A DNA stretch of 64,000 bases from Botryllus schlosseri (GCA_051294905.1 CM119383.1:17794001-17858000); one strand, 5' to 3'; shown: positions 40,601 to 51,655, numbered from the stretch's first letter. Notes: generated from the sequence alone by a model not told the origin. A program made the numbers and translations.

Positions 40601-43600
40601 CCTTTATGTGTAGCGACATTGTACACCAAGCACTATATAGCCTTTAGGTATGGTCAAAAATGATGAACACTTAATTTTGGTCGCACAACTGGAAATATTT
40701 CCATTCTGGTTGCGTTGAAAGTGAAAAATTTGAAAACATAACGATTTTCCTAGGCCAAGTTTCGCACAACCGACCGAGACCCGAAATTATACAGGCCGCG
40801 CTCGACAGACTCACATAATAACCCCAATTACGTGTAAGGTCACCATCCCTATAAATTATTTCACCACTCACCAGTCTAGAGCACAGACAAACGACCGCCA
40901 GACCGTAAAACTAAATAATTCGCGAACCACGACTGCGAGCAGCCCGCATCCAATTAACACCGACACAAACCGCCGTACAACACCCATCTACAGACAGTCA
41001 AGTCAGCGTCTAAATACCTCGGGGCGCTTGTCGTGTAAATCCATGTAGCGGAATAAGTTCACATTTTCGTAATGTGAATTGTGCCATAAACGAAAAGCGC
41101 CGCCGACCGATAAATCATCGTAACCCAGCGGTAATTCCAGCTGAATTATCTCGCAGCGCTGCCCCGCAGGCATGAGAGTCCTCGTCTGTCGAGGATTTCC
41201 GTTGACACTAGCGCAGTATCAGGGTGGAAGATTTCGGCGCAGTAAAAAGCGATCTACAACAATCCCAGGTAGCTGTAGTCTAGACCGGCGTCTCGCGAGA
41301 CCAAAAGCATACCGCCTCGGCCCGCTGTACTTGACTGTAATGCGTGCGATTGCAACGGACGTTGTAAACACGACCTCGACCGAAAATAGGCCGGGGAAAT
41401 CCCGCTTGCACGGCTACGTCACAGCATTCTTCTCGATCGAAAGTGTAAGTATCTAAAACCAGGCTTTCTATCGCCTTTTCAACTGACATAACGACAAGCA
41501 GCGCGTATACGGGAACACAGTGCAGTGTGCGTAAATCATACGGAATCGTAGCGCCCTGCACATTGTAAATAGACCGAATCCTAATACAAATCTCCAGTAT
41601 TCTTTGGAATGATTCGTTCGAGGGACAATTTTTCGAGCACTTGAAACGCTTATTTGCACGAAGAGTTGATGCAGCAACAGGAATTATAGTTTCAACAATA
41701 TTTTAATATTTTCCAACCTTAGGAGTACAGAAATCTAGACTGGTCGCATCACAGCATCCAAAATATGCATTACAAACCCATGCACGTTAGCGGAAATCGT
41801 GATCAGCTCAGAGCATCGTCACCAAGTACAATGGAATGGGTACGGTCGAAAAATGCCGTATTATCCTTAATGTTATGTAGTCATGGAATTATTTTCTTTT
41901 TGGTCGCGTGAAAGGAACTTTATTTTACCCTGACCTATTCGCGTATGCTTGGTCATTTGACTTGAAAATTGGGTGTTGCATAGAAAGTGTCGTCATAATC
42001 AAAACGATCATAATTTGGATTTCATTGGAAGGACGCATATTTACATATGCTAATGTAGCGCAACCCATCGTGATTTTGCCTTATTCAAGTGCACAGACCG
42101 CCACAACCCTACTTCGCCGACGAGTTGGCTTCAAACAGATCAACACGGTTAGTAGTTAACTCGCCTTGAAATAGGATGGTGTACATGAGAGGTAACGGAA
42201 GAAAACACACAATATGCAAAGCTCTTTTTATCTTATCACCGTAAACGTACCTGTTTGCCCGTTCTCCGAACGCAGTATGTCGTAAAGCTGAGATTCGATG
42301 GTCCCCATTTGCATGGTGTCGACGGAGGAGCGGTCGGACAGGCCCTGAACAAATAGCGGTATTTCAACAAAAATCACTGCTGCTATTGTATTGTAATAGT
42401 AAACTTTGAATACTAGTTACTATCGTTCACGATAGTAAACCGTGCGACGATGTCAATTCATGATCAACATATTAAGCGCGGATTTGCTGGGCTGGCGGAC
42501 AACGGAAAATTAATATCCTGGCTTATGCACCATATGGAAGAGTATTGTGATATCTTCACCTATAATGTGCGATATTCAATAACTCGCGCGGAATGTTACC
42601 GGGCGAGTTCTGTGATAGCACAGTCAGATCTTGCCAAGACTGGCACAGATCCGAGTTATTAAATACCGAAACCGCAACTATTAGCTCACAGCGCAACTGA
42701 GAGTAAATTGCACCGTTTGAACTTAAACTCCGACACGGACTCAATGGCATCACCGAATTCGGCGGAGAACATTGCACATTTCTAGTCAATCGACGCCTTC
42801 TTGTATCACTGCGACTGACGTCATATCCTTTCGATTTTATGAGCAATATGCACCGTTAGTTTACTCATAAATAACGTGGAGAACGCTCTCGTAATGGTGC
42901 GTTTTGCGGAGGACGTTATGTACCACATTTTCAGATATAACCTTTTACACGGGTGCATAATTGAACGGCTAACGGTACTATTTGTGAGAAATGTTCATAT
43001 GACACATGTTTCTCAACGTAAGGTTATGATTCTACATCTGTATTATACAATTTAGTGGCACACTGACGATGACACAGTGAACACTATAGGTTTTTGCATA
43101 TTCATCAAAGTTGATTACTTATAAGAATGTAGAGGTCTGCATACAATAAGTCTCTATTCAATCAAACAATTTTGCATATCTATTAAAGTTGATATCTATG
43201 ACTATGACAACATATAGTTTTGCTTACAGAGATTATATATTCAATCAAACCGAGTTTTGGTTACAATAAATCTCTATTCTCTCAAAACTGCTATGCTGGT
43301 ACCAGCAGGCACGCGTGATTTCATCGCATCGTAAATATCATCTAAATATGTGATCGTATTGTGATTGTATTGCAACACACGGTGATAATGTCTAATAGAA
43401 TAAAGGTCAGGAGCAAGACTACAGTTCGCCACAAACTTGAATAATTTCACACTCGTCGATTAAAATCTCTGACAATAGGGGAAACACAACAATAGACACT
43501 TCAGAGGAGGGCATTAGAGATATTGATATATACCACCAGAAGCTTTACCAGCTAATACCTATCGAGGGTGCTCTCCAGCTATAATGAACAGATTGAAAAC

Positions 43601-46600
43601 CAGAGCTTGAAATGGCTCGGATATCACGAAATGGAGCGGTATTCAAGAGAGCGCTAACTATAACGGGGATACGGATCGCCGTAACGAGATCATAGTTAAT
43701 TTCCTCAGCCTGATAACATGATTTCGATAATTGAATGCGCGTTTACCGGTTGAGCCCGGGACATATGTTCGAAAACTTTAACCAAACGCAGCGCGCTTAC
43801 TCCAAATATCCGTTAGAGAAAAACGATATCACCGTTGGCATTTACGTTACACCGAATCCTGGCCCGGGGACCTCCAGGCGCATTGTGCGGTTTGCCGAAA
43901 TCGGGAATGAAAACAATGATAAAATACCGGTAGTGGTGTGCCGTAATCGATACGGCGCATCGGAACTTGACGCCAAGGTATTGAAAATTTGCATGGGTCG
44001 CACTAACAAATCCGAATCGTACTACAGCAGTGGTTCCCAACCGGTGAGGAATTCCCAACTCGGGGGTTTCTGGTGAGGAACAGGTGCCGTTGTAAAATTG
44101 TTTATATTATATCGTCGCGGTGGAATCAAGCTGAAGTTCATTTTTCAAATTTGTGAAATATCAAGTTTTTGTAAAATTTTGAATTTCGTTGGCCATATTT
44201 ATATTTATCACGTAGTTTCAAAGTAAATCATGACGAAGATATGTCCGAAAGAAAATGAAACTTTGCACAGAGTTAATTTTCACAAAAATTGTAAAATGGA
44301 CATAAGCTACTTCGTTTCCACAGCACATATTTACGGAGGCGCAACACCGCGATAACGGTTACCATTTATCTGTTAATTTTATCGCGTGCTGGTCAATTCT
44401 GACGGGTCCTTCCAGCAATAGCAAGTCGTTACTAAACATTACGCTACCAAATTTTTATCGAAAGGAGCATTATATTTATAAGGTGGATTGGATTTTAAGA
44501 TTGTGGCGTAGTCGGTAAGGAAGAAAATACGTTGGAAACCACTGTGCTGCAGGCAGGCACAACACAACATATTTTACTATCAATACGTAGCGTCCTTCGC
44601 ATCGCATCCATGCCCAAATTACCGTGTTATATCCGCGACTTGCAACGAAAAAAAATATGAACACCAGGCGCACCCAGTTGAGCATATTGACAGAGGACCG
44701 ATAAGACAGCCCCGCACGTAGAGACGTGGGAATTGTCCAGCGCCGGAATTCTAATTACAGATCATTATATCGCTACGTCACGCCACGTACGTGGATATCG
44801 GACGCTATCACGTCGTGAATATAATTAACCGTCTCCTCCCGACGTGTTAAATATGATTGAAGCCCGCAAAAACATTGCGCCTGGTCGGTTGGCGCAGTCG
44901 AAAATAAACGGATGTTTTTCCGCAAGGGAGAGCGCCAGAGATCGAGTTCAAGCCCATATAGAACGCGGCTCGTATCGATACATCCCCGGCCAGATGTAAA
45001 GCGCGAGCTAAAACGATTAATCCACCAATTGTCTTTCCGTCCTCTGCCCAATTTGATGCAAGGGTAATAAATTACACGTCGCGCACAGACAGATACACAC
45101 ACATTAGCCCGCTGCGGTACAGTTAACGAAAATCGTGTGTAATTCGCCGATTTTCACCCAAGCGTAGGGCACAAGTCAAATAAACGGTGATTCCTGGTAC
45201 GAAATTTTAGTTTTCACGCTCCTTGCAACGGGCGAAATTAGTCAAATACACCGATTCTTTCTGCGATATATCCCAGGAATACCCCACTAATTCAAAAGAC
45301 TGGTACGTAAACAACCCAATACTTCCCTGGGATGGGTGTAGTAGAGTAAATTTCACTAATTGTTGGGTGAAAGCACAATTTGATACCCGAAACTGCCGGT
45401 TGCCCGATTTAACCCCGATAAAAACACGTATTCTCCCCCCATGGATTTACACTGCGAAGCCAAGTATTACAGCGTTTGCCAGCGACGTGCGGAGTGACGC
45501 TCCACGAGGAGTAGGTCAAATTTGTTGACGGAGGCGTGGAAGTTTGTAAACAGGTTCAAACGCCTCTAACGGAAGCCGTGTTATTGACATCGGTAAGTCA
45601 TTCGAAATCAGGTGACTTGTTCGACAATGTTTGCGGTGACATCCTGGTTATGTTGCGCCCGGGCGATAACCTTAACCGGCGGCGAACGCTTTGGTTTAAG
45701 GACCTTTTAGAGCATATTAACAATTCCCCTGTTATTTACGCATAAAAAGTTGACATACGGCGAATATCGATTGACTGCGACAGTCCACATGTTACCCCGA
45801 CGGGTGCGTTGTGTAGCTGTCATGATGCGCTGTTTCTCGTAGTCAAACACAGGTCTGTTCCCGTAATCGCGCTCTATACCTAAACATGGCGACGGCTGTA
45901 CAATTCTTCAAATCCGATTCCAGTTCAGCTAATGGAGCAAACAGCAGGCGTCTAAAGCTAGTTGAAGGTCATGGTACAAGTGATCACCTCGAACACGACG
46001 CATCCTAACGTACTAGAGATCGAGCAGCTGGTATGTTCATAGCGATGATACGGAGTTGGTAGTCATAGACCGTAGGGTACGTAGCACCGATATCGACAAG
46101 CCTATTCGATGCATGCAGCTGTCATCTATACCTATGCGCTAGAGGTCGAATACAGTGCATTGAGAGTAGAGATTATAGATAGAGTCATAAGTATGAAACT
46201 AACAATACACGAGGGTGCTGTATATAATCAATGTGAGAATATAAACATTACAGACAACTCTCTAGATTAATGCGACTTTCGACAAGCCAAATTGTGAATA
46301 TTTCAATAGCATCATCCACGTAAGATTAAACACTTGAAAAACTATGGATCAATACACTATCCATTCCGTGCATCAAGTCCACCAAATTATATAAAGGTGC
46401 TGTATCAATCTTTCATGATGTGTCGAGACAAACCGGAATTGGCTGACTGAGTGGGTTGGGAAAAAACTTGAAATACTATTAAGGAATTCCTTTCGAAATG
46501 ATTCACAATGAGTCTGTATAAGATAATTTATTTGAAACACCCTGAAATCCCCAATTAAAGGTAAATTTATGACAAATGGATAATTTTCTGTCAAGCATTC

Positions 46601-48999
46601 ATCTCAACTACTCGCTTTTATATTGATTGTATTAGATGCTTTCCCTGGACAATCAATGACACAAATACTAGGTCAGAAGTAAATGGAATTCCCAGAAGAT
46701 TCATGAATATAATTGTTATTGGTGGTGGAAACACAGGTGATATTACGTTGATTAATTGAATTCGACCTATTAGCTATACTTCAACAGTCAGGATGCCAAA
46801 GTCTCAGTACCATCACATGACATGACAGCAACTCACTACACAGCTTCTGTCATCACGTGAGATCATTTAATAATTGCAATTGAGACATGTAAAGTTATTA
46901 ACATCCTTGTTAGCGAGGATAAACTTTAAACAGCCTATGTATCATAACCAGAAATCGTTATTCGAAATGTGGTAATCCGGTATATAAATATCAATAATTC
47001 CGTAATGCAGGGATCTTATCAAGCAATCGCAACGAGAAACATCAAGACTGCTAATCTGGGTGGAATTGATATTCACATGTTCCAAAATGCCTTCCAGAAC
47101 ATATTACCAGATCAACTAGCATACATCTAAGACTATGTGAAAATGGCAGATTTAAAGATATATTAGCGACATAAGAGTCTGTACTCTGCCTCGACCAAGA
47201 TGTGAAACATCAAGATTAGGTACCATCCAAATTTTTGACAAAGTGCCTCAGGATGGGCTTTTAGAAATAACGGCACTGGTGCAATACACAAATTCCCCCA
47301 CCTAACAAATGTCCCTTCTCAAAATAATCAAAAGAGCAATGCATAAAATCTATTTACAGAAAACAGTTTATGACCGTAAATTGCAACTCGCAATATAGGT
47401 CCCAGTTAACGCCGTCAAATTCCACCATAGTGTTATTCACTATACTAAAAGACCACCAGGAAACAAATTTTACTCTGAACTTACAGAAAGCAGATTAGGC
47501 GATGATCCATCCCCAGTCATCTTAAAAAACGGATTGTCGTCGATAGACGTCATTGGCGGCATTTGAGGCCCGTTGAAGCCATTATATTTTGCGGGAGTAG
47601 AAAAACTTCTATTGAACTTTGGAGGAGCGATTGCGTGCGTCCCAATGCCAGATTTTCTGCCAGGCGGCAAGCCGTTGTATGTAGTCACGCGGCCACTGGG
47701 ACTGAAATCAATATAAAAGCTGAATCACGCGTGTCTAACGTGACATCAACCAATCTCAATGCTAACCTGTTGCTGTGGTTAAGAGAGTTGAAAAGAGTTG
47801 AATTGTTTCGCATAGCAGCCGCATTGTTGTACATATTATTCGACATCGCGGCTTGACCGTTACTCCATGATGAGTAAGAAGGACCTTTACCCACACCCAT
47901 AGAAGCTGTTGATAAATAGTATCATTAAAATACACCCATGAATTTTCTACGCACATAATTACTCACAAGACCCGGGTTGAAACGATGTAGATCTTTGAAG
48001 TCCGTACATGCCTGGGTTGAGCATAGCTTGGTTGCGTTTGAATTGGAGCTGCTGCTGAAAGAGTTGCAGTTGGGCCTGTTGCTGTGTACTATTTTGCGGC
48101 CCGTTAAGAAGGCCCGATGCGATTGAACCGTTGAATCCAGTGTTGTAGGCTGCTGGATTTGGATTTTGATCCCAAGTCGGCATTTGCTGTTGTTGTCTTT
48201 GCAGCATCTGGTACAGCATCTGCTCGTTGAACGAAGTTTGACTTTCGTTAGACGCGGTAGTCGGATTTGACCAGATCGAACTGATATTAGCCATGCTGGA
48301 ATTGGAGGATGAATTCTCTGTGATCGGTGTCAAGCCCAAACTTGCGGTGGTTGCTGACAGCAAGTCGTCTTGCTGCATTTGCGGCAAACGCGAGAAGGGC
48401 ATCATATTGCTCGATGAGGTAAGAGGTATGTTATTCGAATTCACATCACCCGGCAAGTCGTAGTTGGAAGGTGAGGTGACTGTCACACCCAAATTCAATC
48501 TTGGAACAGGGCTAACCGCGTTGACTTCTCCGTTCGGCGATTTAGAAAGCTGTCTGGGGCTGGATATCCCGAGACTGTCGCTTTGACTCAAATCTTGCCC
48601 GTTTACAGCCGCGATTTCACTGCTTGAAAGACTGGTGTTCAAACTGGAAGTGCCAGAAAAGGTTCCGTTCATATTGATGGGGCTTGCGGCCGAACTGACA
48701 GCATCAGTACTGTCGGTGTGGTTGTCACTAACTGGTGAGAACGCTCCGATTTGAATCGACTGCGGAGACGTATTACCAGGAGTCGAGGTACCGCCGATCA
48801 TGTTCGATTTTTCGAGCTGCTGCAAATGCATGCTGGCAAGGTGATGGTGTTGTTGTAGCTGGAGCTGCATTAACTTTTGCTGGTGAGCGAGTTCCATTTG
48901 GGACATGCCCTTCGATCCGTTTTGCGACAGGTTGTAGATAGACTGGCTCTGATTGTTTTGGAATATTGGAGGGAAAGCAGAATCGCTCATGGTGGCCAT
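10559..48999 (-). CDS. CPEB2/3/4: Cytoplasmic polyadenylation element-binding protein, CPEB2/3/4 (Orb2) subfamily; 11 coding exons, 2403 nt, ~800 aa
   Basis: Exons 47967-48999, 47767-47905, 47485-47701, 45796-45895, 23681-23860, 22655-22744, 18223-18341, 17238-17352, 15713-15894, 12508-12618, 10559-10675 all GT-AG and phase-consistent; RRM1 RYSRKVFVGGLPPDIDE, RRM2 KTIFVGGVPRPLRA, ZZ CDEC..CGGKFAPFFCANVTCLQYYCEQCW nearly identical to vertebrate CPEB2-4. Confidence 0.97.
12508..12618 (-). CDS. CPEB2/3/4: CPEB exon (ZZ domain N-half)
   Basis: aacag|VEVKPYVLDDQMCDECMGGRCGGKFAPFFCANVTCLQ|gtaagc. Confidence 0.97.
12671..13877 (+). mobile_element. Buster/Charlie-like hAT non-autonomous element in CPEB intron (same family as 3408-6542)
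   Basis: TIRs CAGTGGTTCTCAACC / GGTTGAGAACCACTG; perfect TSD TTCTAGAG (12663-12670, 13878-13885); internal duplication of the left end at ~12871. Confidence 0.92.
14044..14339. mobile_element. Old hAT-like MITE (TAGGGTTACC TIR)
   Basis: TAGGGTTACCA ... CGGTAACCCTA with GTCCTCTTTTT repeats; TSD eroded. Confidence 0.6.
15713..15894 (-). CDS. CPEB2/3/4: CPEB exon (RRM2)
   Basis: tttag|VELAMIMDRLYGHVCYAGIDVDPELKYPKGAGRVAFADQQSYIAAISARFVQLQHGEIDKR|gtaagt. Confidence 0.97.
17080..17194 (+). mobile_element. Solo hAT MITE right end
   Basis: GGGTCACGGCCGCGAAAAGGTTGGGAACCGCTG; no matching left end found. Confidence 0.4.
17238..17352 (-). CDS. CPEB2/3/4: CPEB exon (RRM1-RRM2 linker, RRM2 start)
   Basis: tatag|VQIRPWSLSDSDFVMDDSETLDPRKTIFVGGVPRPLRA|gtatta. 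Confidence 0.97.
18009..18045. repeat. Half copy of the palindromic MITE family seen at 49915 and 54544
   Basis: GATTACCCCTGA..TGTCAGCCGA.AATATTCG matches the right arm of 54544-54728. Confidence 0.5.
18223..18341 (-). CDS. CPEB2/3/4: CPEB exon (RRM1 RNP1)
   Basis: tttcag|GYAFLLFQSEVSVQNLINCCIKEDNKLYLCVSSPTIKEKP|gtaagt. Confidence 0.97.
22655..22744 (-). CDS. CPEB2/3/4: CPEB exon (RRM1)
   Basis: ttgcag|EEIQASFRHFGPLVVDWPHKAESKSYFPPK|gtgaac. Confidence 0.97.
23681..23860 (-). CDS. CPEB2/3/4: CPEB exon (start of RRM1)
   Basis: ttgcag|GKWNELGGDPLFEDGQMSHLGVYDPIAPNLNRISPLLSDFQRERYSRKVFVGGLPPDIDE|gtacgc. Confidence 0.95.
32907..34247 (+). mobile_element. hAT-like DNA transposon deletion derivative in the CPEB giant intron
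   Basis: 21-bp TIRs CAGGCCGTGTTATTTTTGGCA / TGCCAAAAATAACACGGCCTG; perfect TSD CCCATAGG (32899-32906, 34248-34255); TGCCAAAA subterminal repeats. Confidence 0.9.
33358..33899 (+). pseudogene. Transposase C-terminal remnant (hAT-dimerisation-like), one frameshift and one in-frame stop
   Basis: LPRTLPCELV..IDCVERQHRELLEKYREE..SFPDAWK then shifted frame KTFCGGLATFFPSTATVEANISQIRWAKN*FRRNFADLSLEALLQCKQFKSIQKL*. Confidence 0.75.
34264..34871. mobile_element. Degenerate hAT MITE
   Basis: Left end CAGCGGTTCACAACC, CCGGTCC motifs, eroded right end GAGAACAAGTG; no TSD. Confidence 0.45.
36050..36460. repeat. Fragment of the TACTCAAGTAGAAGT-rich MITE family (cf. 58204-59488)
   Basis: TACTTGAGTA / TACTT-rich motifs shared with 58204-59488; similar small remnants at ~15520-15655, ~35050-35100, ~54380-54455. 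Confidence 0.4.
39102..39644. mobile_element. 543-bp foldback (fully palindromic) MITE, possibly piggyBac-type
   Basis: Two ~260-bp inverted arms pairing to an 18-nt loop; ends TTAA|CCTACGG and CCGTAAG|TTAG. Confidence 0.88.
44028..44090 (+). mobile_element. Solo hAT MITE left end
   Basis: CAGTGGTTCCCAACC preceded by nnnTAnnn 8-mer TACTACAG; no right end found. Confidence 0.45.
45796..45895 (-). CDS. CPEB2/3/4: CPEB variable-region exon (acceptor at 45895 phase 0, or 45879 phase 1)
   Basis: PSPCLGIERDYGNRPVFDYEKQRIMTATQRTRR|gtaaca; joins exon 3 to the RRM1 exon in frame; RR|G end recalls vertebrate ARTYGRRR|G; weak pyrimidine tract at 45895. Confidence 0.6.
47485..47701 (-). CDS. CPEB2/3/4: CPEB coding exon 3
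   Basis: atttcag|SPSGRVTTYNGLPPGRKSGIGTHAIAPPKFNRSFSTPAKYNGFNGPQMPPMTSIDDNPFFKMTGDGSSPNLLS|gtaagt; preceded by a 65-nt intron. Confidence 0.85.
47767..47905 (-). CDS. CPEB2/3/4: CPEB coding exon 2
   Basis: caacag|SSMGVGKGPSYSSWSNGQAAMSNNMYNNAAAMRNNSTLFNSLNHSN|gttagc; preceded by a 61-nt intron. Confidence 0.85.
47967..48999 (-). CDS. CPEB2/3/4: CPEB first coding exon: Q/N/S-rich low-complexity (prion-like) N-terminus
   Basis: ATG at 48999 (second ATG at 48990 in GCCACCATG context); long open frame; donor gtgagt at 47966. Confidence 0.9.
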
Positions 49000-49638
49000 C
49001 GCCGGATGACGCAAGACAATCTCGACAACAGTTACCGACTTCCAGATGTACGAAGCAATCTATACTGACAATGAGATCGATTGTCACAACTTGCTAACTT
49101 TCAATAACTCAAAATAGTGCTAGTTTCTAACCGAGTCCTGAAATTTTGATATATTTTCACATTGAAACAAGAAAGCTGTTACTATGTTAATGAAATGGTT
49201 CTACAGCAGAACTCAAGACTTCCACATGCTTTCAAGATAGCACACCGCAGCATCCTATAAACGACTGGCAAAGTCGTCACACCTCACGGGAAATCAAAGT
49301 CGTCGAACAATCAATACTACCACATCCCATTGAAAGTCTCGAATCACTATAAGCGACCTCCATATGTTAGATCAATACATGCACTCGATGTGACTTCACA
49401 GCCGTGCATTAGCATCTCGTAAAATATATATTGATGATTAATATCGTTGTTGTGAGGCACTGTAATATGTTAGCAGGTATCAGTCATTCAAGGTGACAAT
49501 CTACACAGCTGTGCGAAGCTTGCTTTGAACTCTCGAGACCGGAAATTTCCTTTGAGTTTACAGTACCACTGAAACTGAACACTGCACGAAACGGTATCAG
49601 AAACGCGTCCGCGCCTGGCGAGAACCTCCGCCTTCTGT

Positions 49639-49900
49639 TTACGTAATGAGCTTCGGTCCTGGTTATTGATCAGCTGATTTCCCTTCTTCTTTGCATACAT
49701 CACTTGAGATAACAAATGTGAGCTGACACCTAGTGGTTTGTCATAGATCTCATTTGAACTCTTTTGCTTTGCCTCGTTGTTTACGTGTCATGGCTGCGAA
49801 ACGTCACGACATACGAAACGTCACGTAAAAATCGAAGTGTAAAATTCAATATTTTTTATCATTGACCGATATATTGACCGAAAATTGCTAATAAACCAAT
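49639..49900 (-). promoter_or_regulatory. Candidate CPEB proximal promoter with clustered bZIP (ACGT-core) sites and CCAAT
   Basis: TTACGTAA 49639-49646, TTACGTGTCA 49781-49790, CGAAACGTCACG x2 (49797-49808, 49814-49825), ATTGACCGA x2 (49861, 49873), CCAAT 49896-49900; CpG-rich and just upstream of the CDS. Confidence 0.4.
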
Positions 49901-49914
49901 GATGATGTTGGTGT

Positions 49915-50090
49915 GTACAATTGAATAGTAAACCCGAATATTTTCGGCTGACGATGGTCAGGGGTAATCCGGTGATACACAGGCTCTGTTGAAATCTCCG
50001 CTAGAATCAGCATCAGTTTATTACTGGTTGCTGACGATCACTCCTGACAGGTACCAGTCGGAAATATTTGGGTTTATTATAATATTCATA
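49915..50090. mobile_element. Palindromic MITE (same family as 54544-54728), diverged copy
   Basis: AAACCCGAATATTTTCGGCTGAC..TCAGGGGTAATC arm and inverted partner GATCACTCCTGAC..AGTCGGAAATATTTGGGTTT. Confidence 0.7.
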
Positions 50091-50376
50091 CGAAAATATA
50101 AATTTTATTCTGCTCATGGTCCTGGAACCTCCCAAATCCATCCTCGAATTTTGCATTGGGATCGAGTTTTGAATTGCGACTTCATGCAATTACAGATAGT
50201 CTAACACAGCTCGCCGGAACTCAAGAGATAACCAATCATGCCTTTGATGCTTTTATTTCATGTATACAAGAATGAAATCAGTGTAGGCAAATATTCAGCG
50301 ACCGGTCGCCGGAAAAGGCATTTACCACTGCAAGTACTGAACGACAGTGACCGTTTGGATTATCAACGGTCTTGCC

Positions 50377-51655
50377 CAGCACCGTAACTGCCGCACCCCA
50401 AACCCCCCAATTGGGGGGGGCCGAGCTCGAAGGGGGCCCAAAATTATTTCGTGAATAGCATAAATCATTGAGTATTTTTTGAAAATTTATGCAATTTTTT
50501 CAAATTTTTTTCGCGCTACGCGCGAATTCAAGTAGCCATTTCTCTTTATTATTGGGTATTGGGCCACTATCGCGCCACGACCCACCAAGACATACAATCA
50601 AGCTTTAGGCCATATAACATGCGACTCCAAGAAGTGTGCCAGAACGATCGGCAGCGAGAAAACCTTGGCCAAAAGGGTCTATGCCCTTATGCTGACCAAA
50701 GACTTCGTTATATATACAAAATACATGTCCATAGGCGCCTAAATGACTGGCGCCGAATGTTTGTCTTTGCAATCTGAACCTCACAAGACAAATACCATCA
50801 CGCTGGGAAAAAATTTATGCCAGTGAAGAAATACCAATTTGAAATCGTGTGCGTCTCTTAGTTTAGAAGCCTATACGTTTGGGCGATTCTATATTTTTTG
50901 ATATAGCAGATTGGAAGTCACGAAATAACATCATGTAACGAAGTCATATCAACGGGTCCGCCCGCCCGAAGATGTTTAATTATTATTTACGGGCCCTCCC
51001 GTTTTAAAGACACTTCACTCAGCTCTAGCGGTAAATCTAATTACGTGAGTAGAAAGGACAATAAATTGATTGCATAATATATATGCAATCGCCGATCTGA
51101 TTGACCGATTTTATCATGAATTATCGAAAATTTTCGCGCTTCGTGCTGGCTCACAATACAGTACAGATGATTTCGTGACAAACGCGAACAACGTGATGGA
51201 GGGGTCGTTTCATCACCCTATGGGAGCCCAAGACCCACGTTTTTCGGGGCCTGACGAGGTGCTGTTTCGTTCCTGCCAACGGGTATACGCCCGAAGATGT
51301 TTCATTAGTATTGAGTGGTCCTATACCTTTTCAAACACACCTCACTCAGGTCTACCGGCAAATCTGATTACGTGAGCGGAGAGAAGATAAAAATTGATAA
51401 CAATACATATGCAATTCCCCATCATACTGACCGATTCAGTCATGAATTCCAGAAATATCCCGCGCTTCGCGCGCTTAGGCGACAAAAGTTGATTCACTGA
51501 ACAAACTCCCAACGCATATGATAAATAGCGGTGAACAGGGTATCGCCATAGGGGGGTCTGGGGGGCGAAGCCCCCCAGAAGTTCGGTCTATAACCCTATG
51601 GGGGGCCCACGACCAAAGTTTTGGGGGGGGCTGACGAAGTGCTGTTACGGCCCTG
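50377..51655. mobile_element. hAT non-autonomous element with GGGGGCCC motifs and internal diverged duplication
   Basis: TIRs CAGCACCGTAAC / GTTACGGCCCTG; perfect TSD GTCTTGCC (50369-50376, 51656-51663); 50945-51155 resembles 51275-51480. Confidence 0.88.

Noticed and set aside
49157-49253. Upstream ATGs (ATGTGA start-stop, MWKS*, a 23-codon uORF) as CPEB4-like uORF control
   Set aside because: All lie upstream of a good splice acceptor at 49138 and are probably intronic or outron; the 138-nt leader after it has no ATG
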